64,000 bases of DNA from Bdellovibrionota bacterium (GTDB taxonomy: Bacteria > Bdellovibrionota_C > UBA2361 > CALJRW01), in NCBI GenBank assembly GCA_041740355.1, contig JBGSMD010000030.1:32001-96000 (forward strand). Reading direction: 5' to 3'. The translations under genes and the position numbers were made by a program. Shown in pieces: positions 1-10,615 of this stretch (position 1 is its first letter; the number at the start of each line of letters is the position of its first letter). The notes beneath the pieces were generated by a model. The model was not told where the DNA came from. It made no database searches and worked only from the letters and a program-made list of their open reading frames with translations.

Positions 1-51
1 GGGATAGGTTTAGCAGTCTAGAATTACGAATTAAAGTTAGGAGAATAAATC

Positions 52-1224
52 ATGTCAATGAAATGGGAAGATGGCTTTGCCTTAGAGTTAACAGAAGATG
101 AACGCATGGTACAGCAAATTGCGCGTGACTTTGCGACCAAAGAACTAAAGCCAATCGCAGCAAAGATGGACCTAGAGCATCAATTTGAGATGAGTTTAAT
201 TTCGAAGTTAGCCGATCTTGGTTTCTTAGGAATTTGCACACCGGAAGAATTTGGAGGAGCAGGTCTTTCTCAAGTTTCCTATGCCTTAATTGGAGAAGAA
301 ATCGCTACGGGCTGTGCTTCAACTTGCGTAATTATTAGTGCTCATAATTCTCTGTGCATTTGGCCGATTTTAGAATATGCCACAGAAGAACAAAAATTAA
401 AGTTTCTACCCGACTTAGCTACTGGTAAAAAGATTGGTTGTTTTGCGCTTTCTGAACCAGGGACTGGTAGTGACGCTTCTAATTTGCAATGTACGGCCAC
501 AAAAAATGGCACTGAGTATCTTATTAATGGAACTAAGAACTGGATAACTAATTCACCAATTGCCGGAACATGTGTTTTACTAGCAATGCAAGATGCTTCT
601 CAAAAGCATCGTGGCGTCAGCGCCTTTGTTCATCCGATGGATCTACCAGGAATAACAATTGGAAAAAAAGAAGAGAAGCTAGGGATCGCCGCTTCACCAA
701 CAGCTAGCATTCATTATGATAATGTACTTTTAACAAAAGAACATCTACTTGGAAATGAAGGCGATGGATTCAAAATTGCTATGGCAACATTAAATGGTGG
801 AAGAATTGGGATAGGAGCACAGGCTGTTGGTATCGCACGAAGTGCCTTGAGAGCAGCAATTGAATATGGAACACAAAGAAAAACTTTTGGTAAGGCAATT
901 GTAGAGCACCAAAGTATTCAAAATTACTTAGCAGAAATGATTTGTCAGTTAGATGCTGCTAGATACTTAACGCTTGCTGCTGCTAGATTAAAAGAACAAG
1001 GTAAAAATTACTCTCGGGAAGCAGCAATGGCTAAACTCTTTGCTTCTGAAATGGCATCTTATGTTTGCAACAAAGCCTTACAAATTCATGGTGGTTATGG
1101 ATATGTAAAAGAGTATCCAGCTGAACGGCATTTGCGCGATGCAAAGATTACAGAAATTTATGAAGGTACTAGTGAAATTCAGAAATTAGTTATTGCTAGC
1201 CAGTTACTTAAAGATTCTAATTAG
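52..1224 (+). CDS. Acyl-CoA dehydrogenase (short-chain/butyryl-CoA type)
   Basis: CFALSEPGTGSDA, INGTKNWITN, QIHGGYGY..EY and IYEGTSEIQ motifs; AGGAGA RBS upstream. Confidence 0.95.
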   Translation: MSMKWEDGFALELTEDERMVQQIARDFATKELKPIAAKMDLEHQFEMSLISKLADLGFLGICTPEEFGGAGLSQVSYALIGEEIATGCASTCVIISAHNSLCIWPILEYATEEQKLKFLPDLATGKKIGCFALSEPGTGSDASNLQCTATKNGTEYLINGTKNWITNSPIAGTCVLLAMQDASQKHRGVSAFVHPMDLPGITIGKKEEKLGIAASPTASIHYDNVLLTKEHLLGNEGDGFKIAMATLNGGRIGIGAQAVGIARSALRAAIEYGTQRKTFGKAIVEHQSIQNYLAEMICQLDAARYLTLAAARLKEQGKNYSREAAMAKLFASEMASYVCNKALQIHGGYGYVKEYPAERHLRDAKITEIYEGTSEIQKLVIASQLLKDSN

Positions 1225-1227
1225 ACT

Positions 1228-1593
1228 ATGAAGATTTTTATTAATAATTTTAGACAAGAAGTTAGAATCGGTGTGACAAAAGAAGAGCGCGCATTTCCTC
1301 AGATAATTGCCTTAGATATACAAATTACGGGAAGTTTCAAGGAAGCAATATTGAGTGATGATTTAAGTCAAACCATGGACTACACAGAAGTCTGTCGAGA
1401 GATCACTAAGTATTTAGAGTCGCGGGAATGGCAGTTGATGGAAAAATTTGTTTATGAATTGGCGGCCTTCATCGCAAGTTTAAATCAATTAATTCTAACT
1501 GTGGAACTAAAAGCTTGTAAAAATGTGATGACCCAAGTAGATTCTATTTCGGTTTCTTATTGTTTTGATAAAAATGAAGCTTACCAAGTTTAA
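1228..1593 (+). CDS. folB: Dihydroneopterin aldolase
   Basis: IGVxxEER..PQ, SDDLSQTMDY and QLME motifs; 121 aa. Confidence 0.88.
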   Translation: MKIFINNFRQEVRIGVTKEERAFPQIIALDIQITGSFKEAILSDDLSQTMDYTEVCREITKYLESREWQLMEKFVYELAAFIASLNQLILTVELKACKNVMTQVDSISVSYCFDKNEAYQV

Positions 1594-1882
1594 TGTATTT
1601 TTAATATCTGTGATTATTGGTGGGGCACTGGCTTTTGTTGGGTATGCTCAATACCAAAATCAGAAAAATCACTTACAACTCCCGAAACTTGCTGAGCGTA
1701 TTAAGAAAGAGCATAATACACCAACTGGGCAGCTAATTTTTGCATTGCATAGCAGTTATAATATAGAAACTGTCGCTAAGGATCCTGAAAAAGTTAAAGA
1801 ATTACTTCGGGTAAAAGAAGAGCTAAGTGTGAATGATGAATCAGCACTGAGTCAACTAATTGAAAAGGTAACTACTAAATGA
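1574..1882 (+). CDS. Hypothetical protein with N-terminal membrane anchor
   Basis: ORF overlapping both neighbours; hydrophobic N-terminus; ATG 1574 preferred over TTG 1565. Confidence 0.65.
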   Translation: MKLTKFNVFLISVIIGGALAFVGYAQYQNQKNHLQLPKLAERIKKEHNTPTGQLIFALHSSYNIETVAKDPEKVKELLRVKEELSVNDESALSQLIEKVTTK

Positions 1883-2307
1883 GATATGTTTCGCTAATCT
1901 TGATCTTTTGTTTATCAGGTTGTTTTTTGACTCCGCTAATTGATTCTTTTCAAAAATCTGGGCTAAATGAAGCAGCTAGAAAAGATTTGTTTCCCAAGAA
2001 ATTTAAAGCTTTTTACAATGAAGTGGTTGCAGAGCGATTTCTAAATTTTGAAGAATATTTAGTAGAAGAGCAGCAATTTGAATTAGTCCAACAATTAAGA
2101 GCAAGCCGTAAAATTGAAAAGATTGTTAGTGGTAAATTAGATTATGTCGATTTCAGTCCTGATGCCAAGGTGGCTCAGGCGGAAGTCCTGGTCGAATATT
2201 ACAAGATTCCAGCATACATTGTATCGGAACGAATTGAACGTCAAGTTTGGGTTTTTACAGGACCTAATTCAGGTTGGCAATTGAAATCTATTGAGACTGG
2301 GGAGTGA
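1879..2307 (+). CDS. Putative lipoprotein (possibly NTF2-like fold)
   Basis: Signal peptide with lipobox LSGC; ATGA overlap with upstream gene. Confidence 0.65.
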   Translation: MRYVSLILIFCLSGCFLTPLIDSFQKSGLNEAARKDLFPKKFKAFYNEVVAERFLNFEEYLVEEQQFELVQQLRASRKIEKIVSGKLDYVDFSPDAKVAQAEVLVEYYKIPAYIVSERIERQVWVFTGPNSGWQLKSIETGE

Positions 2308-3035
2308 TTGCTAAATCAATTCTCAAGATTTTTTGGTTAGTTGTTTTTACTTCCTTCTTAGGATGTTCTGTGAAGCACACCAAAATTCTGACTCCTAAAC
2401 AAGTATTAGCAAATCCTTATACGCTAGAGGTCGTGGAAGAGTTGTATGATGGAGAAACATTATTTTTACAAGTAGAACTTAAGGAATTAACTACTTTGCC
2501 TGATAAGTTAACCTTAATTTCACTTGCTGGATTTAATGATCAACAAGATAAAAAAGAAAAGTTTTTCAATTTACAAGATCTCCAAACTGATTCCAAAAAC
2601 CAAATTACCCTAGCTATACCAGTTAAAAATTTAGTGGAATATCAGATTCAATTATTTTGGGGGAAACAAGCTTGGAGTTTTTACACTCAAATCTATCCAC
2701 TGTTAGCTTCAAATTTAGATATTATTAATGGGGAAGTCGAAAAGCTTCGTGAATGCCAGCTGGAGGACTGTCAAATCAAATTTAAAATTAAATTTGATTT
2801 ATTAAATAAAAATGAAATTACTGTACCAAAAATTAATCTCACTCTTTCTTTATTAGAAAACACGGAAGTAGATGGCTTAATTATTCCCAATGAATTGTTT
2901 TCTAAAAATATTCCAATTAACGATTTAAATTTAGCCGCTGACGAAGTACGACAGCTTGAATACATCATTGCTCAACCCAAAGAATTAAATGAATTAAATA
3001 CTCTGGCCGAAGTTAGTATTTCAGAAAAGCTCTAA
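2304..3035 (+). CDS. Putative lipoprotein, beta-rich
   Basis: FLGC lipobox-like motif; GTGA overlap with upstream gene. Confidence 0.6.
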   Translation: MIAKSILKIFWLVVFTSFLGCSVKHTKILTPKQVLANPYTLEVVEELYDGETLFLQVELKELTTLPDKLTLISLAGFNDQQDKKEKFFNLQDLQTDSKNQITLAIPVKNLVEYQIQLFWGKQAWSFYTQIYPLLASNLDIINGEVEKLRECQLEDCQIKFKIKFDLLNKNEITVPKINLTLSLLENTEVDGLIIPNELFSKNIPINDLNLAADEVRQLEYIIAQPKELNELNTLAEVSISEKL

Positions 3036-3112
3036 GAATTGCAATCTGAACTGCTAATTGCCCTTTTGAGCTAGTTCGACTTGATTAATTAACGAATTTT
3101 AGCGAATATCCT

Positions 3113-4477
3113 TTGGTGGAAAACTTAGTTCAAATCAAATCAAAAGCGATCAAAGATCTTGGCAAAAAGTCTTTATTTATTAAGACTTTTGGATGTCAGA
3201 TGAATATGTATGATTCCGATAAATTGGAAAAAATTTTAGAAGATGGCTATCAAGCTGTGGCACAGGCCTCTGAAGCTGATTTAATTTTAGTAAATACATG
3301 CAGTGTCCGAGAGAAACCAGAACAAAAACTTTACAGTTTACTTGGTGAGTATCGTGCCTTAAAAAAACTCAATCCTAATTTATTAATTGGTGTTGGTGGG
3401 TGTGTTGCTCAACAAGAGGGACAGAAAATTGTAAAACGCAACAAGGATGTTGATTTTGTTTTTGGCACGCATAATCTTTCAATGGTTCCCGCACTAATTG
3501 AGCTCCGTCAAAATGGTTCTAAGCCACAAGTTGCTGTTGATTATCGTGATGAGTGGGAAGATTTACCACTAGGACTAAGTGATAAAAGCCGAGTATCGGT
3601 CTTTGTTTCAATTTCTAGAGGTTGTAATAAAAATTGTACTTACTGCATTGTTCCTACTACTCGTGGAAAAGAAGTTTCTCGTGATGCTAATGAAATTATT
3701 CGTGAAATCAAAATTGCAGTACACCGGGGGGCCAAAGAAGTCGTTCTACTTGGGCAGACGGTTAATTCTTATGGATTAGATTTAAATCCTAGGATGAAGT
3801 TTGTGCAACTACTAGAAAAAGTTTCTGAGATCGAAGGCCTAGAGAGAATTCGTTTTACTAGTCCACACCCGCAAGAAATTCGCCCAGATTTTTATGATTT
3901 AGTAGCTGATAATCCTAAAGTTTGTCGTCATATTCATATGCCACTCCAGTCAGGAAATGATCGAATTCTACGTTTAATGAATCGCAACTATCGTCGCCAA
4001 AGATATTTAGATATTATTAATGGTTTGAAGGCGAGGGTTCCAGATATCGCCATTACAACTGATATTATTGTTGGTTTCCCTGGTGAAACAGAAGAGGAAT
4101 TCCAAGACACTTTAGATCTGATGAAGACCTTAGAATTCGATGGTAGTTATTCCTATATGTTTTCTCCCAGACCCGGCACTAAAGCTGAGTTAATGCCGGA
4201 GTCCTTAGATGCTGCTGGTAAACTTGATCGACTACAAAGACTACAAGCGATTCAAGCTGAAATTACTGAACGTCGATTGCAATCTTGGATTGGAAAGCAA
4301 GTCGAAGTTCTAATCGATGGTCCTAGTAGTTTTGATGGGACAAAAATGCAAGGAAGAACATCACAAAATATGATAGTAAACTTGGAATTAAATTATCCGG
4401 AATTAGAGCCTGGGCATACAGTCAATGTGATTGTTAATGCTGCAAGTAAATATACACTCAAGGGTTCAATTATTTAA
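3113..4477 (+). CDS. miaB: tRNA-2-methylthio-N6-dimethylallyladenosine synthase
   Basis: TFGCQMN, NTCSVRE, GGCVAQ, radical-SAM CNKNCTYC, C-terminal TRAM domain. Confidence 0.96.
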   Translation: MVENLVQIKSKAIKDLGKKSLFIKTFGCQMNMYDSDKLEKILEDGYQAVAQASEADLILVNTCSVREKPEQKLYSLLGEYRALKKLNPNLLIGVGGCVAQQEGQKIVKRNKDVDFVFGTHNLSMVPALIELRQNGSKPQVAVDYRDEWEDLPLGLSDKSRVSVFVSISRGCNKNCTYCIVPTTRGKEVSRDANEIIREIKIAVHRGAKEVVLLGQTVNSYGLDLNPRMKFVQLLEKVSEIEGLERIRFTSPHPQEIRPDFYDLVADNPKVCRHIHMPLQSGNDRILRLMNRNYRRQRYLDIINGLKARVPDIAITTDIIVGFPGETEEEFQDTLDLMKTLEFDGSYSYMFSPRPGTKAELMPESLDAAGKLDRLQRLQAIQAEITERRLQSWIGKQVEVLIDGPSSFDGTKMQGRTSQNMIVNLELNYPELEPGHTVNVIVNAASKYTLKGSII

Positions 4478-4719
4478 ACCCTCTGCAAATTAAATTTTGG
4501 TAGGGTTTTATATTGTTCTCTACGGCAAAACCTGTCTTCCTCTAAGCGGACTCTTTTTGTATTACCATTATTTAGTTAAGGTTTTAAAAAATTCCTTAAA
4601 TTAAATATTTGGAGGTAAGCAATTTTATCTTGTTATGGCTCTGATTTTACTTGGGATATAGTCATAATAGTCAGTTGAAACACTAGACACTATTAGTTAA
4701 GCTATGATAAATTAAAATT

Positions 4720-5301
4720 ATGTCTAATACTAAAACTAAAAGTTCTGTTACTGAAATGATGGTTGCGGGGATCCTGTTAGATCCTGCCACTCAAGCTCCA
4801 GTTGTTGTTTTGCAGACCATGGATGGTACTTTTCAATTACCAATTTGGATCGGCATGGCGGAAGCCACAGCGATTGCTGCTAGTTTAAAAAAATTAGAGC
4901 TTAATCGGCCATTAACTCAAGACTTATTGATTAGTATTTTAGACCATTTAGATGTCGCTGTGGAACAAGTTTTAATCACAGCGCTCAAAGATTCCACTTA
5001 TTATTCTGAGTTAGTGCTTTCTGCTGGAGAAAAAGCAATTGTTTTAGATTGTCGTCCAAGTGATGCCTTAGCAATTGCTCTAAGAACTAATGCTTTAATT
5101 TATGTGAATAATCAGGTCTTAGAAGAAGCGAAGAAAGATTCTGCAATTGAAAAGCTAAAAACCGGAAGTATGAAGCAAATGGTAGAAGGTGAGGAGTCTG
5201 AGGAAGATAATAAGATTCAAGATCTACAATATGTGGATAAATCTAAATGGGCGGATATTCTCAAACAATTAAATATAGAAGATTTTAAATATAAAGCATG
5301 A
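4720..5301 (+). CDS. Bifunctional nuclease family protein (DUF151)
   Basis: LPIWIG..EA.AI, RPLTQDL, DCRPSDALAIA motifs. Confidence 0.9.
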   Translation: MSNTKTKSSVTEMMVAGILLDPATQAPVVVLQTMDGTFQLPIWIGMAEATAIAASLKKLELNRPLTQDLLISILDHLDVAVEQVLITALKDSTYYSELVLSAGEKAIVLDCRPSDALAIALRTNALIYVNNQVLEEAKKDSAIEKLKTGSMKQMVEGEESEEDNKIQDLQYVDKSKWADILKQLNIEDFKYKA

Positions 5302-6026
5302 ATACAACAAAAGCACCTACTGCACCAACTAAAGCTGATCAAGTTAACATTGATAAGTTAGTTAAAGAATTTGGCGCAGCGGAAGATCCAATCGCTAGTT
5401 TTTTTAAAGCTAACCAGAAGTCTTTAACCTATATCCTATTAGCGGTAGTGGTTTCTGCTTTAAGTTTTAACTTTTATCAAAGTGCACATCAACGTGGCCA
5501 GTTGGAGTCAGCAGGACAATTTTCAGTTGTGCGCAGTAACTATGAAGTGTTAGCAGGTCAAGCTGAGGGAAAATCCCTGGAGCTCGCTCAGTTGGAAAAA
5601 GCAAAATTAAGTTTTGAAGGCTCACTTAAAACTTTGGAAGCTCAAAAATACCCTTACGATTTACTAGGTAAGAATTATCAAGTCTTAGCTGAAGTTGCCT
5701 CTGGGAATTTGCCAGTAACTGATCTTAGAAAAAAACTAGAAGAGCTGGAGTGGACTAAAAGTAAGAATAGCCCAACTGCCCTTTGGAAAGAACTTTTAGC
5801 TGTAAACTTAGCTAAGGCTTTATTAACTGATGAAACTCAACAAGATTATGCCTTAACTCAGTTGAAAAGTTTAGCTCAAGAATCCGAGTTTGTTAGGGTA
5901 TTATCTTTACTTGCTTGGAGGAGTTATGCTGAAACTAAACAGGATTCAATTGAATTAGCAGCAGTTGCTAGCGCAATCTCTAGCTTTACCAGTGCCAATC
6001 CAGAGCAGACTGATTTACTAAAATAA
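5298..6026 (+). CDS. Single-TM helical protein, YfgM-like
   Basis: Short cytoplasmic N-terminus, one TM segment, helical C-terminal domain; family assignment by architecture only. Confidence 0.5.
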   Translation: MNTTKAPTAPTKADQVNIDKLVKEFGAAEDPIASFFKANQKSLTYILLAVVVSALSFNFYQSAHQRGQLESAGQFSVVRSNYEVLAGQAEGKSLELAQLEKAKLSFEGSLKTLEAQKYPYDLLGKNYQVLAEVASGNLPVTDLRKKLEELEWTKSKNSPTALWKELLAVNLAKALLTDETQQDYALTQLKSLAQESEFVRVLSLLAWRSYAETKQDSIELAAVASAISSFTSANPEQTDLLK

Positions 6027-6197
6027 GAGTTAGTTTATCAAGTATGTAGTGCTTAAGCGACCTAGGGGTGCCTTATGTATTTCCTTTATTTTATAAGGGC
6101 AATACTGGGGATGACAAATATACTAAAAACCGCATCAAACTCAAAATGCATGTTTCCAAGCAATCAGTTCAATTCTTAATAGGTTTTAGTATATTAC

Positions 6198-6343
6198 ATA
6201 GAAAGTCCAAAAAGTAATTTACGTAAGGAAATTACTTTTTGGTGCTTTCTATCCCCCGGAGGGATAATAAAATTATATAGTTATGACAAAAAACAACTCA
6301 ATCTATTTGATTTTTACGTAATTTATTTTTTGTCATCACTATA
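6198..6343. repeat. MITE-like double-hairpin element, copy 1
   Basis: Hairpin A TAGAAAGTCCAAAAAGTAATTT..AAATTACTTTTTGGTGCTTTCTA plus hairpin B TATAGTTATGACAAAAAA..TTTTTTGTCATCACTATA; inverted homolog at 35723-35867. Confidence 0.8.
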
Positions 6344-6393
6344 ATAGGATTCTCGCTATCAATTATAACTTATTGGGAAGATAACTTTTAAGT

Positions 6394-6780
6394 TTATTGT
6401 AGTAGATCTTCTTCTTTATCCCAAATTGAATTTTTCTTTTTCTTACGGGTGGGAACTTTTAATTTAATAGTCGGTGGAAGTTTCTGTTCCAACTTGTTAA
6501 AGAAGATTTTTTCCAATCGTTTTAACAAATTAGCAAGCATGTTCATAAACTTATCAAAAGGACTATCTGTTGATTTAGAAATGATCAGACCTTTTATTGG
6601 CGTTTCTCGTTTGGGAACATAACTACTTGCCAGCGGGTTTGGGGCTGCGGCGTGGCTAGGTTGAGATTTGTTGGTGACTGAAGTTAAGTTAATAGTATCC
6701 TGCTGTTGCTCAAATTGGCAATTCTCAAGGCTCACAATTTGTGTTTCGATTCGTGATTTATTTAACATTTCGATAAACAA
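6394..6780 (-). CDS. Hypothetical protein
   Basis: 128-aa ORF filling the gap, co-oriented with upstream minus-strand genes; no motif recognised. Confidence 0.5.
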   Translation of the reverse strand: MFIEMLNKSRIETQIVSLENCQFEQQQDTINLTSVTNKSQPSHAAAPNPLASSYVPKRETPIKGLIISKSTDSPFDKFMNMLANLLKRLEKIFFNKLEQKLPPTIKLKVPTRKKKKNSIWDKEEDLLQ

Positions 6781-6832
6781 ACTACCAAAATTTCATTTTT
6801 TAAGCTACCCAAGTGTTATGATCTAGAATTGC

Positions 6833-7285
6833 TTATTCGTTACCTAGATTTTCAATTTGAGGAGTTTTTGTAACTCCAACTCCATGTTTAAAGACTAAAT
6901 TGCCACCCAAATTGCTAGTGTAAGCTATTAAGATAAATTGAAAGAGACAAAAAAAGTAATATAAATATTGAAAAACTCGCTGTTCGAATCTTAAATACCT
7001 AAATAATATCAAAGGGATATAGGTAAAGAGGATCAGCTTGGCGAATGAGTAGTGATTGGCAATTAAATCTTCTGGGAGAGCTCCACCCAACGCAGCCAGA
7101 TTGCTACTGGCAATAAGTCCTGAGAGAAATGCTAAAAGGCTGAAAATAAAACCAAAAATAAGTACAATATAATTAAATTGCAACCAGATTTGCTTTTTTG
7201 CATATAAATAAAGCAAATCAGAGAAAACAGCTAGAGAGATCAGGACGATTGGAAAAGAAGTTAATAGCGGATGAAAGTCGTACAT
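6833..7285 (-). CDS. DUF2231-like four-TM membrane protein
   Basis: HPLLTSFPI N-terminal motif, internal His, GGNLVF.HGVGV C-terminal motif. Confidence 0.75.
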   Translation of the reverse strand: MYDFHPLLTSFPIVLISLAVFSDLLYLYAKKQIWLQFNYIVLIFGFIFSLLAFLSGLIASSNLAALGGALPEDLIANHYSFAKLILFTYIPLILFRYLRFEQRVFQYLYYFFCLFQFILIAYTSNLGGNLVFKHGVGVTKTPQIENLGNE

Positions 7286-7287
7286 AG

Positions 7288-7875
7288 TTAATTAAGTTTA
7301 TGTCCAGTTTGCCATACAGGTTCAGGTAAGTTTAATACTTTAGTAACATATCTGGATGTAACGAAGAAGTAGTCAGATAATCTGTTAAAAAATTTCAGTA
7401 AGTTTAAGTCAAGTGGTTCAGTTTGATTTAAATTCCAAAGTTTTTGCTCAAGAATTCGACATTGAACTCTGGTGCGATGCACTTGAGTTAGGAGTAAATT
7501 CCCTTGGGGCAGAACGAAATTTATGAGCGGGGCTAAGCCTTGATTCAAATCATCAATCCAAGTTTCAAGCAATACAATCTCCGATTCCGAGGGGACTAAC
7601 TCAGTTGATTTAGGGGTTAAGGCAATTACTGCACCTTGATCAAATAATCGGTTTAATAAACTTAGCATGTGTTGGCCAATCTTTTGACCGAGCTGCTTCT
7701 CCGCGGTGATCATAAAACTAGTTGACCCAAGTTCAAGCATTAAACTATCTAAACAGGCCAAAACCTCTATTCGCTCATTGGATTTTTCAGTGATTTGTCC
7801 GTTTGCTAAATAAGTTTGTCCAAGATCTCCATTCTTTGTGTAGACCTTATGAATTTTTACCATAAAAAACTCCAT
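7288..7875 (-). CDS. PduO-type ATP:cob(I)alamin adenosyltransferase (divergent)
   Basis: KVYTKNGDLGQT, FVLPQG and NRLSDYFF motifs. Confidence 0.85.
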   Translation of the reverse strand: MEFFMVKIHKVYTKNGDLGQTYLANGQITEKSNERIEVLACLDSLMLELGSTSFMITAEKQLGQKIGQHMLSLLNRLFDQGAVIALTPKSTELVPSESEIVLLETWIDDLNQGLAPLINFVLPQGNLLLTQVHRTRVQCRILEQKLWNLNQTEPLDLNLLKFFNRLSDYFFVTSRYVTKVLNLPEPVWQTGHKLN

Positions 7876-8132
7876 AGATTGAGGTAACTAATTAATGTCT
7901 TATTTATAGACATTGTTTTTATCTGAGTATTGAAAAATTAAACATTGTTTTAAATAAAAATCAAAAAGTTAAAAATTTAACTAATAATTTCAAATAGTTG
8001 TATACTGTTAAAGATTGGCACACTTTTTGGTAACTTATTACACCTAAACTGAATCATATCTAATGAAATAAATAGTTTAGTTTATTTATTAAGCAGACGA
8101 TGGGATTAGTTGTTAATAGTTAAATTAACGTA

Positions 8133-9131
8133 ATGAATATTAGTATGTTAGATAGCGAAAGTCTAAATAAATTTGAAAATAAGTTTGAGCAACCTCAAAT
8201 ACTTAGCGATGAATTCTTTCAGCCTGCGGCCATAACTGACCCAGGTTGCGAACGAGAACTCAATGAGGACCGTTATGCAGTGATTGAATCAGCTTCAGGC
8301 TTAGTTTGGGTAGTTTGTGATGGCATGGGTGGAGTTAAGGGTGGTGAGCTTGCCGCACAACTGGTAATCGATTCTGTTAAAAGAACATTAGATTCTGACG
8401 TACAGTTAAAACCGGAAGACGCTTTAAGGGAAGCATTTGCTGAAGCTAATCGTATTGTAGTGTTGCGCAGGCAAAACCAAGCCTTTTCACAAATGGGAAC
8501 TACCGCGGTAGGAGCAATTTTTCAAGATCGTCAAGTAACAATTGTTAACATTGGTGATTCACGAGCATATCTAATTAGCGATGGTCGAATTAAACAGCTT
8601 ACCGAAGATCATACTTATGTTCAGCAATTAGTTAAGTCTGGACAGTTGCGAGAAGAAGAAGCTTTGGAACATCCCCAAGCTCACGTCTTAACTAGAGCAG
8701 TAGGATCAGATCCAACTTTAAATGTTGAATTACATAATTACTGGATTTGGGATGTAGAATCACCGAGTGATCAAGATTACTTACTTTTTTGTACTGATGG
8801 TTTGTACAGTATGATTACAGATCAAGAGATTCTTGATCTAGCTTTAAAATTTCCTCCTCAAATTAGCTGTAGTCAAATGGTTGAATTAGCTAAAGAGCGC
8901 GGAGGATATGATAATATCACTGTAGCAGTAGTGCCACTCGTGGGTAAGCTAAGAAAAGCGCCACCTGCAGGATATGTCTTACCTCAGGTAAAGAAAGAAG
9001 TGGATAAGAAGAGTATGAGTATAGAAGCTTTGAAACCTTTTATTCTTAAGAATTTTTTAATGATAGTTGGACTAAGCTTAATCGCTTTGATTATCGCAGT
9101 AGTCTTGATTTTATTAGCATTAACTAGGTAA
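8133..9131 (+). CDS. PP2C/PPM (Stp1/PrpC-type) Ser/Thr phosphatase with C-terminal TM helix
   Basis: NEDR, VCDGMGG, MGTT, IGDSRAY, LTRAVG, CTDGL, GGYDNITV; hydrophobic C-terminus. Confidence 0.95.
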   Translation: MNISMLDSESLNKFENKFEQPQILSDEFFQPAAITDPGCERELNEDRYAVIESASGLVWVVCDGMGGVKGGELAAQLVIDSVKRTLDSDVQLKPEDALREAFAEANRIVVLRRQNQAFSQMGTTAVGAIFQDRQVTIVNIGDSRAYLISDGRIKQLTEDHTYVQQLVKSGQLREEEALEHPQAHVLTRAVGSDPTLNVELHNYWIWDVESPSDQDYLLFCTDGLYSMITDQEILDLALKFPPQISCSQMVELAKERGGYDNITVAVVPLVGKLRKAPPAGYVLPQVKKEVDKKSMSIEALKPFILKNFLMIVGLSLIALIIAVVLILLALTR

Positions 9132-9136
9132 AAATA

Positions 9137-10159
9137 ATGAGTAAAGAAAATAATGATAAAGCTGCTCGCGCACGAAATAAGACGGTAATGCTGACTCCAG
9201 ATATTGCCAATCAGATGCGTTCTAGGTTAATGACAGGAACTCATCGCTCTGGAAGTACAGAAAAATTAGACACTGGTTTAATTAACCAAGTTCGCGAAAA
9301 TTTTGGTGCTCCCCAAACTCGGGAAAGAGATACTGAAGATAAGCAAACACAAATTATCGATTCAAGTAGGTTTATGAATCAATTGCCAGCAATTGAGGAG
9401 GAAACAGAATTAGAGGTGAATTTTTTGGATGCATTAAAGTCACGTGAGACACCGCGTTCGCCCGAAACTAGAAATGCACCTGTGGTTCAGATCGATAAGT
9501 TAGATTTTGATGTTGATGAGCCAGAAGTAATCTTAGCACCAGTTGAACAGCGCTCCATAATTGAAGAAGATTTTGTGGCACTAGAAAATTTGGATGATGA
9601 TTTCACCGAAGATTTAATGTCAGTAAAACAAACAAGAATTAGCCCAGAGCCGGAGTCTTATAGAATTGAGATTCCAGAAAATAATTTTGAAGAGGAGATA
9701 AAAATGAATCAGACAGTTGGAAGTTTAAATACAGATTTAAAACGCGGAATTCCTAGTAGCCCAGTGAAGCAAGCGGGAGTATCAGAATCGCAGTGTCTTA
9801 ACGGCGATATTATTAAGTGGGAAAAAGAAACACCGCTAGTCGGATTCCTGGTCTCATTTGATGGAAATCCTAAAGGGGACTTTGTGATTTTGCGTAATGG
9901 ACGTCTGATCGTTTCCGCGGATCAGTCAGACAAGGGTAATTTACTGGTGATTAATGATGAGTCTGTCTCTCCGATGCATGCTATAATCAGAGTATCAGAA
10001 TCAAGCATCGTTGTTCTGGATCAATTATCAGAGAATGGGACAAAGATTCAAAAAGCAGATGGCGCGACAATCGAATTATCAGGTGATAAAGCTAATTTAG
10101 AACACGGGGATACACTTTCATTTGGGGATCGAAATTATAAGGTCTGTGTTCTATTCTAG
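9137..10159 (+). CDS. FHA-domain protein (C-terminal FHA, long acidic low-complexity N-terminus)
   Basis: LVGFLVSFD..G.F..L, DESVSPMHA, DQLSENGT, LEHGDTLSFG. Confidence 0.85.
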   Translation: MSKENNDKAARARNKTVMLTPDIANQMRSRLMTGTHRSGSTEKLDTGLINQVRENFGAPQTRERDTEDKQTQIIDSSRFMNQLPAIEEETELEVNFLDALKSRETPRSPETRNAPVVQIDKLDFDVDEPEVILAPVEQRSIIEEDFVALENLDDDFTEDLMSVKQTRISPEPESYRIEIPENNFEEEIKMNQTVGSLNTDLKRGIPSSPVKQAGVSESQCLNGDIIKWEKETPLVGFLVSFDGNPKGDFVILRNGRLIVSADQSDKGNLLVINDESVSPMHAIIRVSESSIVVLDQLSENGTKIQKADGATIELSGDKANLEHGDTLSFGDRNYKVCVLF

Positions 10160-10433
10160 TCTGCAGAATTAGTTTGAGCTGTTTTTGGTAGAAGATGTCG
10201 ATCTGTAAACAGTCACATGATATTTAAAGGTTTCCTGAATGCAATTTGTTATTCACAAGTTATCGTCAAAAAACAGCGATATTGATCTTGGTGAAATTGC
10301 TAACTTCAAGTACTTTTAGATATCATGGCAACAAGTAAATTCTTTTTAGAGTGGTACTTGTTTTACCATCAGATTATACTCACAGCTTTTCATTTTTTGA
10401 TAAAAAATGAAAAGAAAGGAGAGCGAGCAAAAT

Positions 10434-10615
10434 CCTGTCGCCTTGTCCGCCATAGCTTAGCGGAGGAGGAAGCGAAAGTGGAAGACAGGTGTTGCCGTAG
10501 AAAAAGCACCAAACTCTACGCAAATCTGCGGGGAGTATTGGTTTTGTCTTTTACTGCGTAATCTTGGCTTATGCCAAGATTACGCTCGCCCTCCGCAAAT
10601 TTCATCTGCGGAGGG
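10434..10615. repeat. GC-rich multi-hairpin region containing a REP-like motif, upstream of the kinase
   Basis: CCTTGTCCGCCATAGCTTAGCGGAGGAGGA (10441-10470); perfect 13-bp IR 10556-10585; hairpin 10589-10615. Confidence 0.7.

Noticed and set aside
10325-10561. 78-aa ORF upstream of the kinase
   Set aside because: It runs through GC-rich hairpins and a repeat unit and has no protein-like features; probably spurious.
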